Positions 15,011 through 28,626 of a DNA stretch of 64,000 bases are shown here, piece after piece (the stretch's first letter is position 1; the number at the start of each line of letters is the position of its first letter). Location of the stretch: the NCBI RefSeq assembly GCF_009914755.1, contig NC_060933.1; one strand, 5' to 3'. The DNA is from the human T2T-CHM13v2.0 reference genome, Homo sapiens. A program made the translations under genes and the position numbers. Below the pieces are notes generated by a model. The model ran no database searches, had not been told where the DNA came from, and saw only the letters and a program-made list of their open reading frames with translations.

Positions 15011-16059
15011 AGCAGAGCACTGCTGCATTTAGTATCTTTTGATTGAGAAAATGCATTTCAACAAAAGCTCTAAGAGTTCAGAGAGGTCTTAAAATGATTT
15101 GGTCTTTCATTCCTCCCAACAGAATCTTCAGACAATTGAAAACCAGCCATTCAAAGATGCATCAAACACGTTCTGTATTCCAGTCCCAGATGTGCCCAGG
15201 TCTTCTGGATCCAGGCACCCCAGTGGGAATGCGGCACATCCCAGGGCTCTGGAGTGCGAGTACGGCAACCCCTGGTTCAGGCCACCATTCAGCTACCTGC
15301 TTCCAGTGGGAGATTGGGCTGGAGCCACTGGTGGCTCCAAGTCCCTCTTGCTCCTTCACTGTTCTTACTCAGGCATGTGGCTCTCCTCTCCACATCACAT
15401 GCCTGAGGTTGTGTGTGTGTGTGCACATTTGTGTTTGTATGTGTGTCGGCGAGGGAGGCGGGCATCGTGCCGGCAGCCTCTCACTCTGCCCTAACTATGA
15501 GCTCACAAACCGCCATCCTGAAGGATCCCCCTGCAGAGAAACTTCCCGGCCAGCTCCACCCAGAAGAGAGAGCAGATGGAAAATTGGAGCAAGCCCTCAT
15601 CTTGGGTCAGGGAAGAAAAGATTCTTTTTTTCCCCTTCTCTCTAAAAATATGCTCAGGGCTTTTTTGAGCCTTGATGCAATAGAAACCAGCTGTGGCCCA
15701 GAACGCCCCCGCAGCCACTGCCCAGGGAAAAGGAAAACAGAAACAGCCATTGGAGGCGGGATCAATGCCTGTGTTTGGGCTCCAGGCCCAGCCTCTAGCC
15801 ACCTCTGGCCTGGAATTGTGTCCCAAATGGGCACCAAACAGTCCCTGTTTATTCGTCCTGTTGTGGGCTCAGGGCCCCAGGAGTCACTTAGCCCTTCCTC
15901 TTTCAATTCTTGGCGCAGAGGATGAGAAGATGACAAGAAGTGGGCGTTTCTTAAACTCTGCACCCAGGTATTTCCCCATCTCGTGGGGGAGACAGATGGG
16001 CACATGAGGTACCCAGATACAGCCTGAGGCTACCTCCTCTGGTAGCCTAGGGGAGGGAG

Positions 16060-16345
16060 AGGCCATGTTTAACCTGGGGAGCAGGAAGGCTTCCTGGAGG
16101 AGGTGACCTTCAGATGGTCTTAAAGGAAGGAGCAGGGAAATTCTAGGATGGGGGACCAGAATCAGAAAGGCCAGGAGATGGGGACAGTCATTACTATGTG
16201 GTGACCAGGATGGAAGGCAAAGGTGGGGGAATGAGCGGGAGCAGCTGGAGAGGAAGGTTGGGACCCTGGATGCTGGGTGAGATGTTCACTGGGTGATGGA
16301 GAGCTGTGGAAGGTTCTTGAACAAAGGAGTGACTTCTCTAGATCT
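16060..16345 (-). mobile_element. L2 fragment
   Basis: ggaaggcttcctggaggaggtgacctt...ggagagctgtggaaggttcttgaaca. Confidence 0.6.
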
Positions 16346-16469
16346 TGGAGGATATTTGGAGGGGGATGCTGGTTACCTCATTGGAGCTGAAAGCTTTGTC
16401 AAGGAGTCCCTTAGAGAAGAAGCCACACCTTCTGAGTTTCCTGGTACTCTGGCTCATGCCTTTGGAGAG

Positions 16470-16625
16470 GTACTAGTGTGGACAGGTGCTATGGATTTGG
16501 AGTCAGGAGATCTGGCTTCTACTTCTGACTCTGCTGTGTGAACTTGTGTGCCCTTGAATAGACTGTCCTTCCCAGGCCTCTAATTTCCCACCTGCAAGAA
16601 GGGATCATGAGGGCTTTCCGTTTTT
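16470..16625 (+). mobile_element. MIR/MIR3 fragment
   Basis: ggatttggagtcaggagatctgg...tgtgtgaacttg...gcctctaatttcccacctgcaa. Confidence 0.65.
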
Positions 16626-18289
16626 CCGGAATGTCATTGCTGGAGGGTTCGTTGGTGTCCAGCGCCTGAGCTCTGCTGGACGGAGGCGGAAGGGGGACTC
16701 CAGACTGGGGAAGGGACTGCCCACATTCACCCAGCACTATCAGCAGCCAGCAGTGTGGCGACCCGGGCACCCAGGCTCCAGGCTCTGGAGGAGGATTTCC
16801 TGCTGTGGACTTGTGGTTCTTGGAGCCCCGGGCGCTGGCCTCTGGCTACAGCTCTGTCCCCAGAGAGCTGCCTCTCCCATCTGCAGCTCAGGCCCCTGCA
16901 AGTGTCCTGTGCTGGAACCCGGGTGGAGGTGCCTGCTCTTCGCTCCTCGTTCCTGGAAGGAACTCCAAGGGGTGCCAGACAGGGCCCTCCTGTCATCTTG
17001 TCTCATTCCCTCCAGCAGCAGCTCTGTGAGGCTGAGTTTGTCACCCTCTTTTGTAGAAGACAAAACTGAGGCTGGAGAGGTGGATTGACTTCTCCCAAGA
17101 CCTGCAGCTGGTACTGAGCAGAGCTGGGATGTGAGCCCTGTCTGTCTGCCCCTGGCTGCTCTGCCACGGGGGCCTCTCCTTCCTGCCGCACTCCTGCTCC
17201 CTCCAGCCAGATCTGAGCTCTGCCAGGGCATCTTATTCACTGTCAGATCTCAGGGCCCCAGGCTGGGCATGTAGTGGGAGCTTAGGAAATGTTTTTTGGA
17301 ATGGATGCCTGGCCTACCATTGTGGGGTGGAAAATCCAGGCCGGGCCGGTGGCTCCACCTCCTTGACCAGAATCCTTTGCTGGCCGGAAGAGTTCACCAT
17401 ATTGGTGAACCTCAGTATCATGGCCTTTCACCATCTTCCTGTTCCCACGTGGCAACCAAGGGAGGGAATGTGGTCTCCCTCCCTCCCTGATGGCCAGCGC
17501 CCCCTGCCCTCCAACCACGGCCAGCCCCACAAGGTGAAGGGCCCCAGGGCAGACACTTGGAGGTAAACGGAGGTGGCAGTCCGTAGTTGCCTCAGACCAG
17601 GGAGCCCAGAGGAGAGGCTGAGAGAGGGCCTGCCACAGCTGCCAAGGGTGGTTGGGGACCCCTGAAAAATTAGAAGGGGCCCCGCAAGGTCAGACCAGCT
17701 AAAAGTCCTTACGTGGTAAGCATATGTACATTGCAGGCCTGCTGCTTCCTGGACCAACTCTTCCATGGCCCTGGGTGTCACCCAGTGTTTCTGGAGCCTC
17801 TGAGTGGTGCCCGCTGCCTGGCAGCAGCCCCTGGAGGTAGGCACTTCCTGGCATCATGGCAGATCTGCCATCCTCTTGCCCTGGGCTTCTCGCAGTCTTG
17901 CAACCCACGTTCCCCAGCCAGCACGGAATTCCCCTTTCTCTGCCTCTGAGTGCACCCCTCCTTTCTGCCTTGCTTGCTTTCCTGTCTTACCTTGCTTTTG
18001 GTCCTGATACCCTCTCTACCTTCCTCTGTAGTATCTCTGAGACCCACAGCAACCTGATGTCCCAGAGAAATAATACTAATAACAATAACAACATCACCGA
18101 CGATGTTTTCAGTACATTGTATAAGCGCTGTCGGTGCCAGCAGCTGTGCGGAATGCTTTGCACTCACTATCTCCTTTAATCCTCACAATAAGCCTAAGAA
18201 GTAGCTAATTATGCAGATTCCTGACAAAAAACACATGGCCCAGTTGAAGGATGCAATTCTGTGGGTGTCATTGTGTGTTGGAATTCCCT

Positions 18290-18430
18290 GGGGCGTATCA
18301 GATACTCCTGCTGCCTGTATCCTACTCCCAGGGGTTGTGGTTTAATGGCTCTGGGGAGTGGCCTGGGATTGGGAATTTTTAAGAGATCCCAGAACATTCT
18401 AATATGCACACAGGTTTGGGAACCACCAGT
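18290..18430. mobile_element. MER5A-like hAT DNA transposon fragment
   Basis: tggggagtggcctgggattgggaatttttaagag...ttctaatatgcac...tttgggaaccac. Confidence 0.55.
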
Positions 18431-18467
18431 TTTCCTGAAGAGAGTTTAATGAAGGGACTTTAAAAAA

Positions 18468-19655
18468 GTTTTATTGAGGTATAATTGGCACACAATAAAC
18501 TGCACATATTCAAAACATACAATTTGATGATAAGTTTTTAAAAACCATCTTAACCATTTTAAGTGTATCATTCCACAGTATATTTTTAAGTATATTCATA
18601 TATAAGTATATTCATATTGTTTGAGGATCTCCAGACCTTTTTCATCCTGTAAAACCAAGACCGTACCCATTAAACAACTCCCCGTTTCCCCTCCCCCAGC
18701 CCCTGGCAACCACCATTCTACTTTCTGTCTCTGTGACTTTGATGACTCCAGGTACCTCGTAGAAGAGGAATCACACAGGCCGGGCACAGTGACCACACCC
18801 ATAATCCCAGCACTTTGGGAGGCCGAGGTAGGTGGATCACCTGAGGTCAGGAGTTCGAGACCAGCCTGGCCAACATGGCGAAACCCCATCTCTACTAAAA
18901 AGACAAAAAAAAATTTAGCTGGACATAGTGGCGCACGTCTATAATCCCAGCTACTCGGGTGGCTGAGGCATAGAATCGCTTGACCTAGGAGGCGGAGGTT
19001 GCAGTGAGCTGAGATCATGCCACTGCACTCCAGCCTGGGTAATAGAGCAAGACTCCATCTCAAAAAACAAACAAAAAAAAAAGGAAGTGGAATTACACGA
19101 ATGTCTTTTTGTGACTGACTGATTTCACTAGCATAAGGTCCTTGAGGTTCATCCTTGTCACATATGGCAGGATTTCCTCCCTTTTTAAGGCTGAACAATA
19201 TTCCGTTGTATGTATGTACCACATTTTCTTTATCCATTCATCTGTCCATGAGCATTGAGGTGACTTCCATCTCTTGGCTATTGTGAATAATGCTGCTATG
19301 AACACGGGGTTCCAGGCATCTCTTTGAGACCTTGCTGTTAATTATTTTGAATATATATGCCCAGAATTGGGATTGCTGGGTCATGTGGTAATTCTATTTT
19401 TAGTTTTTTGAGGAACCACTCTACTGTTTTCTATATCAGCCACACCATTCTACAATCCCACCCACAGCGCACAAGGGTTCCAATTTCCCCACATCCTCGC
19501 CAACACTTGCTATTTTGTTTCTTGGATAGTAGCCATCCTCATGGGTGTGAAGTACTAGCTCATTATGAACTTGATTTGCATTTCTCTAATGATGAATGGT
19601 GCTGAGCATCTTTTCATGTGCTTGTCGGCTGTTTGTAAATCATCTTTGGAGAAAT
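18468..19655 (-). mobile_element. L1MB-like 3' region, interrupted by an Alu
   Basis: tttattgaggtataattggcacacaataaactgc...ccctggcaaccaccattctactttctg...gaattgggattgctgggtcatgtgg...ttgcatttctctaatgat. Confidence 0.85.
18778..19082 (+). mobile_element. AluSx-like
   Basis: Full Alu; degenerate TSD gaagaggaatcacac / gaagtggaattacac. Confidence 0.93.
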
Positions 19656-19739
19656 AATGAAAGGACCTGGTAGGGGATGATGATGCACCAGAGACTAGTG
19701 AAAGCAGCACGTTGTAACCACCTCTAGCTCTGTGGGCCA

Positions 19740-20005
19740 GAGGAGAGCACTGGGTACCAGAATCACAGATCAGGAGCTGTGGAAGGCGCTGCCCGACAGG
19801 ATGGGGGACCCTGGGAGAGGGATGCAGCCACATCCAAACTGTGGCCCAGAAGAGGGAGTGGGAAAAGTCCTCGACCTCTCTGTCTTCCTGCTGTCTTCCA
19901 ATATCCTACCTGGGTGAGGTCAGCCTCCTGGGGATCAGAGCAGGGCAGGGAGGGGTGAGAATGAATCCACTGGTGGTGGGGGCAAGGGGCAAATAGAATC
20001 ACCCA
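19740..20005. mobile_element. Ancient ERVL/MaLR-type LTR fragment (subfamily uncertain)
   Basis: ggtcagcctcctgggg..cagagcaggg...ggggcaaatagaa resembles old ERVL LTR termini. Confidence 0.35.
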
Positions 20006-21549
20006 AAAAAGAGGTATATGTTGCTGACTCCATTTTACAGTCGGGGAAACTGAGAGTCATGTTTGGCACAGTTTAGAGGGACTTGGACCAAGATTTGGAC
20101 TTTGCTCTAGGTGATGCCAGCCTGATTATTCTAACCTGTAAGCTACACCACCTCCTGGCAGTGGGCAGTGCCCAATGGGGGAGGGTGCGGGGGCAGTGCC
20201 CTTCCCGCCAGATGCCACCCCTCCCTTGAGCTTGGTCGAGGGTGATCTGCCTTCTCCTTCCTTCCTCTTCCATTTAGAAAGCAACGGGTCTGAAAGGTAA
20301 TTCTGTTCTTGATGAGGGTGCAGGCAGCAGAGGGAATTGTCATCCTGCTGAAGACACACAGCTCTTCCATGCTCTACCCTATGTGTAATTTGTTCTTATC
20401 TGCTCCTGGAGCCACCACCTGCTACAGTGTAAAGAGACCCCACAGACTCTCTGGATCAAACTACTCACTGTCCAGAAGGAGAAAATGAGGTCCTATGTCT
20501 GTGGCTAGAACCCAGGCCTCTGGGGAGCAACCCAGGGCTCCATCCAGGGTGACCTGAGCCTGCTCTGCTCATCAGAGCCAGTCTTTACCACCCTTCATAT
20601 CCCGGGAGCCCACAGGTAGAAAGATGGGCATTGCAGGTCACCGTGGTTCCCCCACTGAAGCAAGTTCCCTGGCTCGCGATTAGCCAGTGCTCTGCTGGTT
20701 CATGATGCGCTCCAAATGCTAGACCAAGAAAGAAACTGGGTCGGTGGGCAGGACACAGGACCAGCGCTCTGGGAGGAGAGCTGTTCTCAAGCAGTTTGGT
20801 GGCATCAGCAGCCTCTGTGTGGTCAGTCAAGCAGGGCAGCCAATTTCCTCTCCTTTCAGCCCTAACTCTGGACTCCTGTACCTGGAGGGGCTCCCTTTGT
20901 GCTCCTGCAGCCCAGAAGCCCTCCGAGGCTTGACATGAAAGAGTCGCGGGATCTTGGACTGTTCCGGTGGAAGGGCTCCTAGCAAAACCCAGATGTTTTC
21001 TCTTCTTGTATGGATGGGAGGACCGAAGTCCAGAGAAGTGGAATAACTTGCCCAGGGTTGTGCTGAGATTTGTGAAGGTGCCGGATGCTGGTGTGCTGGT
21101 GGCTGGCATGCTCTGAGCCCTTCCTTCCCGCTGTTTCCCTGGAGTTCTGCTTGGCAACCACCCGCCTGCATTTTTGCAAAGTGATGTCATCTGCAGATAA
21201 TGGTTTTTCCGTTCCTGGTGGAGCAGGAGTTCCAGATACAGTGCTTCGGGGGAGGGGCTCAAGAGAGCTGATTGTGCACTCCTCAGGCAAGTGGGGGCTG
21301 CATAGACCCCCTCCCCTCTGACAGTCACATCTCAGTTGTAAGGCAAGGCACCGTCTCAGGCTTCCTGGACTCCGGAACCTGGAATGACCAAAATGGCAGA
21401 GGCCCCAGAGACAAGCCTCCCCTGCCTCCTCCTTGTAGAGTTGGGAATCTGAGGCCCAGAGAGGGCAGAGCCTTGCCCAAGCTCACACAGCATTTACAGG
21501 CAAAACCTTGACTCACATCCCGACTCCTAACATCTGTGGCCACTTGCCC

Positions 21550-21720
21550 GTGGTTGGGGGTTTTTCACCCTCAACACCGTTGACATTTTGGGCCAAGGAG
21601 TTTTGTTGTGGGGGCAGTCCCTTTCATGGCAGGATGTTTGGCAGCATCCCTGGCCTCGACCTCCTACAGGCCAGTAGCACCCCTCTCCAGTTCTCAAATC
21701 CAGACACTGCCAAACGTCTT
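21550..21720 (+). mobile_element. MER20 hAT DNA transposon
   Basis: ttgacattttgggcc...ttgtgggggc...ggatgtttggcagcatccctggcctc...gccagtagcacccc...ccagacactgccaaa. Confidence 0.85.
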
Positions 21721-23544
21721 TCACCTAAGTTGGGGTGGGAGAAAGTAACCCTCCAGCTCCTAAGACCTTTATCCACTGCCATAGGCAGGAGAGGGTTCTT
21801 GAGTCCAAGCCCAAAGGGTGCTTTGTCTGAGGCTCTGACTTAACGTCAGGCACCTTCAGGATGGGAGGCAGGCCTGGAGGGGGCTGTGAGGGGCTGGAGA
21901 TGGTCCAGGCCCTCCTTCTGGTTAGGAACACTGCTTCCTCTGATCACTTTTCTTGGAGCAAAACTGCCGATTTATTTTCCTGGGGAAATAAAAATAAATG
22001 CTGGCTGTTGTAATCTCATCCCTGATCCCATCTGGAAAAAGCAGGCTCATGAATCTTGGCCGCCTGAGCTCTGAGGACTGTGTCTGGCGGAACCTGGAGT
22101 TACAATGGGCCTTCGAACATCGGAACAGTCACGGCTGACATTTCCTTTCCCGTTACATGGCTCCTTGGAATGTGAGCCCCAGGGGGCCGTCCGTGGGCAG
22201 GCGGAATTTGGTGGAAAGAAGTGCTGCACGGGCCGGAGGCCAGCTCAGCTTCTGACTTGCTGTGTGACTTTGGGCCACTTTTCTGTTCCTTTCTGGGCCT
22301 TGATTTCTCCATCTGCAGAATGAGGGGAGCCACGTTCCTCAACAAGGGGTCCATGGACCACCTTGTATCAGAACCATTTAGGGAATGTGTTTATGGCTAT
22401 TCCTGATATTTCTGATTCCTCTTCCAGACCTCCTAAAGTTTTTATGCATCTCTAAGTGATTTCGATATATATAAGTTTTGGGACCCACAACACCAAGGAC
22501 TTTGAACTTTCCACCCAGTTTCAAGTTTGAACACATCACAGTTCTTCAGCCTCCTTCCCCCTCATAACGAAGTGTAGAGTTATGAAGCTAGAGGGTAAAA
22601 TTATGGGGTGGGCTGGAACTGGGCATTGCTCCTAACAATTATCTGCTTTCAAACTCTTGGCAGGGTCTCTGGGGTCCTTGATCCAACTGAAATCACTGTT
22701 AAAGCACTTTATTCCTCCAGTAATGAAACTCGAGCTGCTAGTTACAGAGTTTGGTTTCAAAATTGTGCCATTTATTATTTTTGTTGGATTGGCTTATAAA
22801 CCCTCATATAGTCATACATCATTTATAATGCATTATTCCATGAGAATGCATTTTCCAGATGAGATTTATTTTTTCTGTTAAAAGCTTAAAACTGTTCTTT
22901 TTTTTTTTTTTAAAATGGCAGTCTTTCGCCATGTGTTACCTATTTATACCACCTTAAGTGAAGGTCAGGAAATGTAATTTTACTTATTCTCAATGCTCCA
23001 GGGTTGTCATTGTGAGTTTTAACTACTGTATGCATTGATGTAAATTTTAGGGACTCCAAAACTCACTGTGCCTGAACTATGAATGTCCCCCAAGCTGCTT
23101 AGCCCTTGTGTCTGCTTTTAAAAGTTCTGCTTTGCTTCTATATTTTTAAAGATTTCTTCCTCATGAGATATCAGCAGTTACTTCTCACCACGTTATCATG
23201 ACTCCTTTGGATGAAAAACCAATAACCAGTGTGTATCAGGATTGTCTGTAGTGTAAGAGTTCATAATCAATGAATGAGAGGACTCTCTGATGAGTCAGGG
23301 ATGTGGATTTTTGACATTTGTTTTGGCAGCTGAGAATAAGGGGTAGTTTTTTTCTTTCTAATTTTCACCCCAATAGCAGCTGCTTTCTGAGAGTTTTCTA
23401 GATAAATGTGAAATGAGTGTAGATCGATTTTTCCATGTAACTAATTTACATTCTGGGTGAACTCATTTTGCTTCTGACTTAGAGGTGCTTTCATTTCCTT
23501 CTCATCTGCACCCTGTTCTTGGAGAAGCTGCTCCACCCCTAGCC

Positions 23545-23770
23545 CATGATACATGACGCATGACCCAGCCCACTGGGCCCCCTGATGCCACCTGGGCCAA
23601 TCAGATTTTCCAGTCAGGAAATTTGCAATTGAGATTCAGAGCTGGAAAGAGTCACCTGCTCTGATGGGAGCTGCATTTGTGGACTGTGACTCAGAGGCTG
23701 AGGCCCCAGGGAGCCGACCCCATGGGCCCTGGGCAAGCCCAGAGTGAATGTGGAAGCCGGGCTGTGGAGG
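23545..23770 (+). mobile_element. LTR16-like ERVL LTR fragment
   Basis: catgacccag...ctgggccaatcagattttcc...ggaaatttgcaattgaga. Confidence 0.5.
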
Positions 23771-24344
23771 TTCCCTGAGCAGACAGTCCGGGTGTGTGTG
23801 CGTGTGTTTGTCTGTGTGTGTGCGCACATGCTGGAGGATGGGGCAGAACGTAGGGTCCCAAGCCCCTGAGGGAGGGGCTTGTCCTAATCAAGTCACAGAA
23901 ATCAGGGCAGGGAGAGCATGAAAGAGTCTTGTTCCCCTCTCTGCATTTGGGAGATTCAGGCCCCGGGGAGAGGAGAGACTGACCCATGATCATCCAGAGG
24001 GGACTTGGTTAAGCTGGTCCTGAGCTCTGCCATGCATGTTCTGTTTTCCTACCCTGGCAGCTGGCTCAGAGCATGGATAGGCCTTGTCTCTCTTCTCTTT
24101 CTTTCTGCCAAATTCTTTTCTGTTGGGAATCTGAACAGCGGGTAGATGCAGTCATGGCATGATTTGCTCCAAATATCTCCCCAACAGGTGGTCACGGTGT
24201 CTACAATTCCATCACCAGATCTTCCATTTCCAGGAGTAACCCTGGGCAGGTGTATACCATGTGTCTTGTTTACAGTGGGGATTAATAGTTCAAGGAGCCC
24301 AAGGTAAGGAAACCCATATTTGATGAATCTCCAGACAATTTATA

Positions 24345-24495
24345 CCCACCACACAGCCTTATGAAGATAGCCCAATCACGCCTATTTTACAGAGGGGAAA
24401 ACTGAAGTTCTGAGAGGTGAGCTGACTTGCCCAAGGTCACATAGCACGTCAAAATCGGGGCTCACATCTGCATCCAGAGTCCAGGCTCTTTGCCC
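24345..24495 (-). mobile_element. MIR
   Basis: attttacagaggggaaaactgaagttctgagaggtgagctgacttgcccaaggtcaca. Confidence 0.8.
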
Positions 24496-24784
24496 TAAAG
24501 CAAGCTCATCTGATCTGGGAGCTGGGGATAGGCTGAGGAGGCGAGCGGGTGACAAAATGAACTTGTCCCATGGAGTCATTCAGTGGGAAAAGTTGTGGTT
24601 TGGGAATTAGGGCCAAATGGCTCCTTAACCTTGGGCATCATGGTGGGCCTCAATTTCCTTACCTCTGCAGGAGGGAAGGACCGGATGTACTCTGCAATCC
24701 CAGAAAACTCAATGGGCTGAGGCAGGAGGACCTACTGGCCATTGAAGACTGTCCACTCCTGGTCCAGATTCCAAGTGACCAGGC

Positions 24785-25263
<479 letters not shown>

Positions 25264-27957
25264 CTTAATGCATATTAATTATTGCTATCATTCCTGACAC
25301 CCTGTAGTGTGCCCCTCGGGGATGAGAGGGTTTAACTGAACATCTGTCTCCTCCCGGATGCGGTGGCAACCCTGGGATCTGGCAGCAGTCCCCTGTGGGC
25401 TTTTTTCCTGGGCAAAGTGAGTCCATCATCACTCAGACATGACACACGGCCTGGCCACCCCCTCTGGGGCCACAGGCAGCCGATCCTGGGCTAAAAATAC
25501 CAGTCTCATGAATGGAGCCAGGGAGGCCATTCTGGGATCCACAATTAGTGTTTGTGTTAAAACCCATTCTCTGACTCTCCACCCCTTATGTGCTGCTGAT
25601 TCCGGGGAGACTGACCTTTTCAGCTCCCAACACTCACTCAGGGTTTGGGGGTTTGGGAACGGAAAGGAAGGGGAGTACATCTGAAGGGTCCCTTAACAAG
25701 TAGGGAGGCAGCCGGTCACCCAATTCCCCTACTACCGAGTCGGGTAGGAATTAAAATTCCCCTTTATAGTGGAGGAAATGGATGTTTCCAGAGATTGCAG
25801 CCTGGGGATATATAGTTAAGTCTGAGTTCTGGGCCAGTGCTCCCTCCAAAGTCTCTTCTCCCTCCACCTGGTGCCACCCAACAGCCCTTTGGGGAGGGGT
25901 CCTGACTTCGGGGGTGGGAGCTGACCTCGGGCATCTTCCATCTCTCCTGAGACTTGAGGTACAGTCATCCTATGAAGGATCAGAGCTGGAAAGTGGGGGC
26001 CTGGCTCAGGGAGCAGCAGAACCAGAGCAGAAGCTGAGCTGGAGATGCCCTGATGGGGCCGAGGTGGAGGCTCAGGCCTGGGATGGGCAGTTGGACCAGC
26101 AGGTCCAAAACAGCAGAAGCCAAGGCAGGCAGCGGTCTTGGAGATGCCCTCTGACCTGCCGTGGACTGGAGCCTCTAAGATGCTTCCTCCTGAGGCTGGA
26201 GCTGATGACTGGCATCCTTGGGATGTAACCTGCGTGCAGCCGGCAGGTGAGGACGTCATGCAGGGCAGGAGCTCAGGCCCCCCAGAGGGGGTCACACCTG
26301 GCCGGGCCACTGCCCTGTGAACATCCTTTCAAGGGACCCTTTCTCTTGCTTGTTTGTGGCCCCGCTAGACTGTAAGCTCTTGAGGACAGAGCCATTGGGA
26401 ATGAATGACAAGGTGAGTCTGGGGGCCCAGGACCCCAGACAGTAGCTGTCCTTACTGAGAGAAGGGTTAGGGCTCCCGGAGGCATGGAGAAGGATGAAGG
26501 CCCAACTTACTCCACTTGGGGACCACCCTGATCACAGAAAACACTGCCTGCTTCCCTCACCCTCAGGGACAGCTATGCCCAAAGGGAGGGCCTCAGCCTC
26601 TGGCTGGAGAAAAAGCAGATAGTAAAGATGGTGGCCCCTGTGCTTTCAAGTTTCTCAAGCCAGATCCCGACTAGGCTCACAGTGTGTATTTGGGACTTTT
26701 AGAATTTGGGAAGTTGAGACCTATGAAAGTTTGAGAACCTGGGAAACTTCAGAGCTTTCAGGATCTTTTGAAATCTTGGACATTTTAGAATCTGGAGCAT
26801 CTTTAAACCTGGGGAACTTTAAGAAGCTTGAACTCTTCTGACGTTGTGGAATTTGAGGGATTTCATTTTGGGGCTCTGTTGGCCTTGGAGTGGATGCTGT
26901 CCTCTTGGTGTAGAGGAGGACATTCGTCAGCAGACCTGAGCCCTCTCCTCCCACCGGCCCTCAGAGCCCAGTATTTCAAATATCTCGACGTTATGCAGTT
27001 TTAAACTTCAGATTTTTGAAATGAAATTGTATTAGTTATCTTAAATGTTCGATGTTGTGTTTCTCAAACATGTGTTGGCCTACTGGATTTCTAAGTTTCT
27101 GGCTCTTTCTTTTGCAAATGATTTTTCCTCTCATGTCACAGATTCAACAAATATTCATGCTGGAATGGGATGCAGAAGTCACCTACTTTCAGAGATGGGG
27201 AAACTGAGACCCAGAGAGGGCACAGCCTTTTCTCGGGGGCCTCCAGTGACTCAGAGTCAAATCTGTGCTTCTTGGCTCCTGGATCTCTGAGCTGCACCCA
27301 CTGGACCCCTATGCCAACCCCAGCACCCCTGTTCTCCATGGCGGCCCCGCCCTGAGGATTTCCTATGCCTTTCTACAGAGCTTTCTCCTTCTCCTAGATC
27401 CCTTTTCTGCAAAACGAGGCTGGGGAGTTCTGAGCCAAGCCCAGGCCCACGTGCCTGGAACCAGAGACAGCGTAAGGAGCAGACACTGCCAGGTCACTTG
27501 CAGCAGACTCCAGGAGGAAATGAGGGAAACAGAACCTCAGCCGTAGCCTAGCCAGGGCTCTCAGAGCCTAGAAAGCTCTTAGGAGAAGTGGAGAGTTGTT
27601 CAGATCCAGGCTAATTTGTCATCTCCAGCCCTTCTCTGGTGATCAGCTTGCCTCTTCCTCTACCTGCCCCTATAGGTAGAGGAAGCTTGCCCTTCCTCTC
27701 CTGCATCTTCTCCTCCCCTTTCTGTCACATGCCTTCTGCTTCTTGAGGCCTCTGCCTCATTGTAGTTTCTCTTGCTGTCCAGTTCCGGTGAGCTCATGGC
27801 TTCTGTAGCCCAGTTTCTCTTTGCTTCCCTTTGTGAATCTTTCCTGCTTCGACTCTCACTCCCAACTTCTTAACTTACACTCAATGCTCCCAGAGGGAGG
27901 ACTTGATTGGTTTGGAAGTCCCCCACCAGGACAGGCCAAGGATTAAGTGAGTTCTTA

Positions 27958-28626
27958 TATGAGGTCTCTGATTCCCTAACTCCAGCTAGGTGTTCAATTA
28001 TTCAGTTCAATTCTGACACCAACTCCAGGAGTTAGTGCAGACCCCAAGGTTTAGGGCTCAGCCCCACAGGGCTGTCCCCCTTTAGCCACCAGTCACACAC
28101 AAGTCCAGGGACCATCTGTACATCTGACTGCCTGGCTCTGAATTTCAGGGTTCCCATAACCTCCCCTTCTAGTTAGATCATTCACTAGAACAATTCACAA
28201 AACTCAGCAAGTGCTTTACTTACTATTACCAGTGGATTATAAAGGATACTACTCAAGAACAGACTCATGGAAGAGATGCAGGGAACAAAACATGGGGGAT
28301 TTGCACAAAGCTTCCACGCCCTCCCAGCGAGTCCCTGTGTTCACCAGCCCTGAAGCTCCCAAACCCTGTTGTTTAGGGGTTTTTCTTGCAGTTTCATTAT
28401 GATGGATTAAATCATTGGCCATTGGCGATTGAATTCAATCTCCAGCCCATCTTACCCCCATGGAGGCTGTGGGGGGTGTGGGGGTAACCAGCCCTCATCA
28501 TGAAGCTCTCTAGGGCTCCTCCATAAGTCATCTCATTAGCATATGAAAGGCAATACGTTCAGGGGTTTTAGGAGCTCTGTGCCAGGAATTAGAGACCAAG
28601 ACCAAATATTTATATTTTATACCACA
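27958..28626 (-). mobile_element. MER21 (B/C) LTR
   Basis: caattctgacacc...ggagttagtgcagacccca...ggaagagatgca...taaatcattggccattgg...catctcattagcat...ggagctctgtgccagga...taccaca. Confidence 0.85.

Noticed and set aside
14585-15042. Cys/Val-rich and His/Thr-rich ORFs (also 58037-58654)
   Set aside because: Artefacts of CA/TG low-complexity DNA, not metallothionein or keratin-associated proteins.
17488-17510. CTCF-like motif (gggcagggggcgctg on the minus strand)
   Set aside because: Lacks the upstream CC(A/G)(C/G) half of the core; a partial match is not enough.
18596-19237. 213-aa ORF and similar ORFs containing LECSGxISAH or [12 protein letters not shown]
   Set aside because: These are translations of Alu and L1 3' UTR sequence.
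20585-21328. Longest ORF (247 aa, minus strand)
   Set aside because: No recognisable domain, includes MIR-like sequence, and no supported splice structure.
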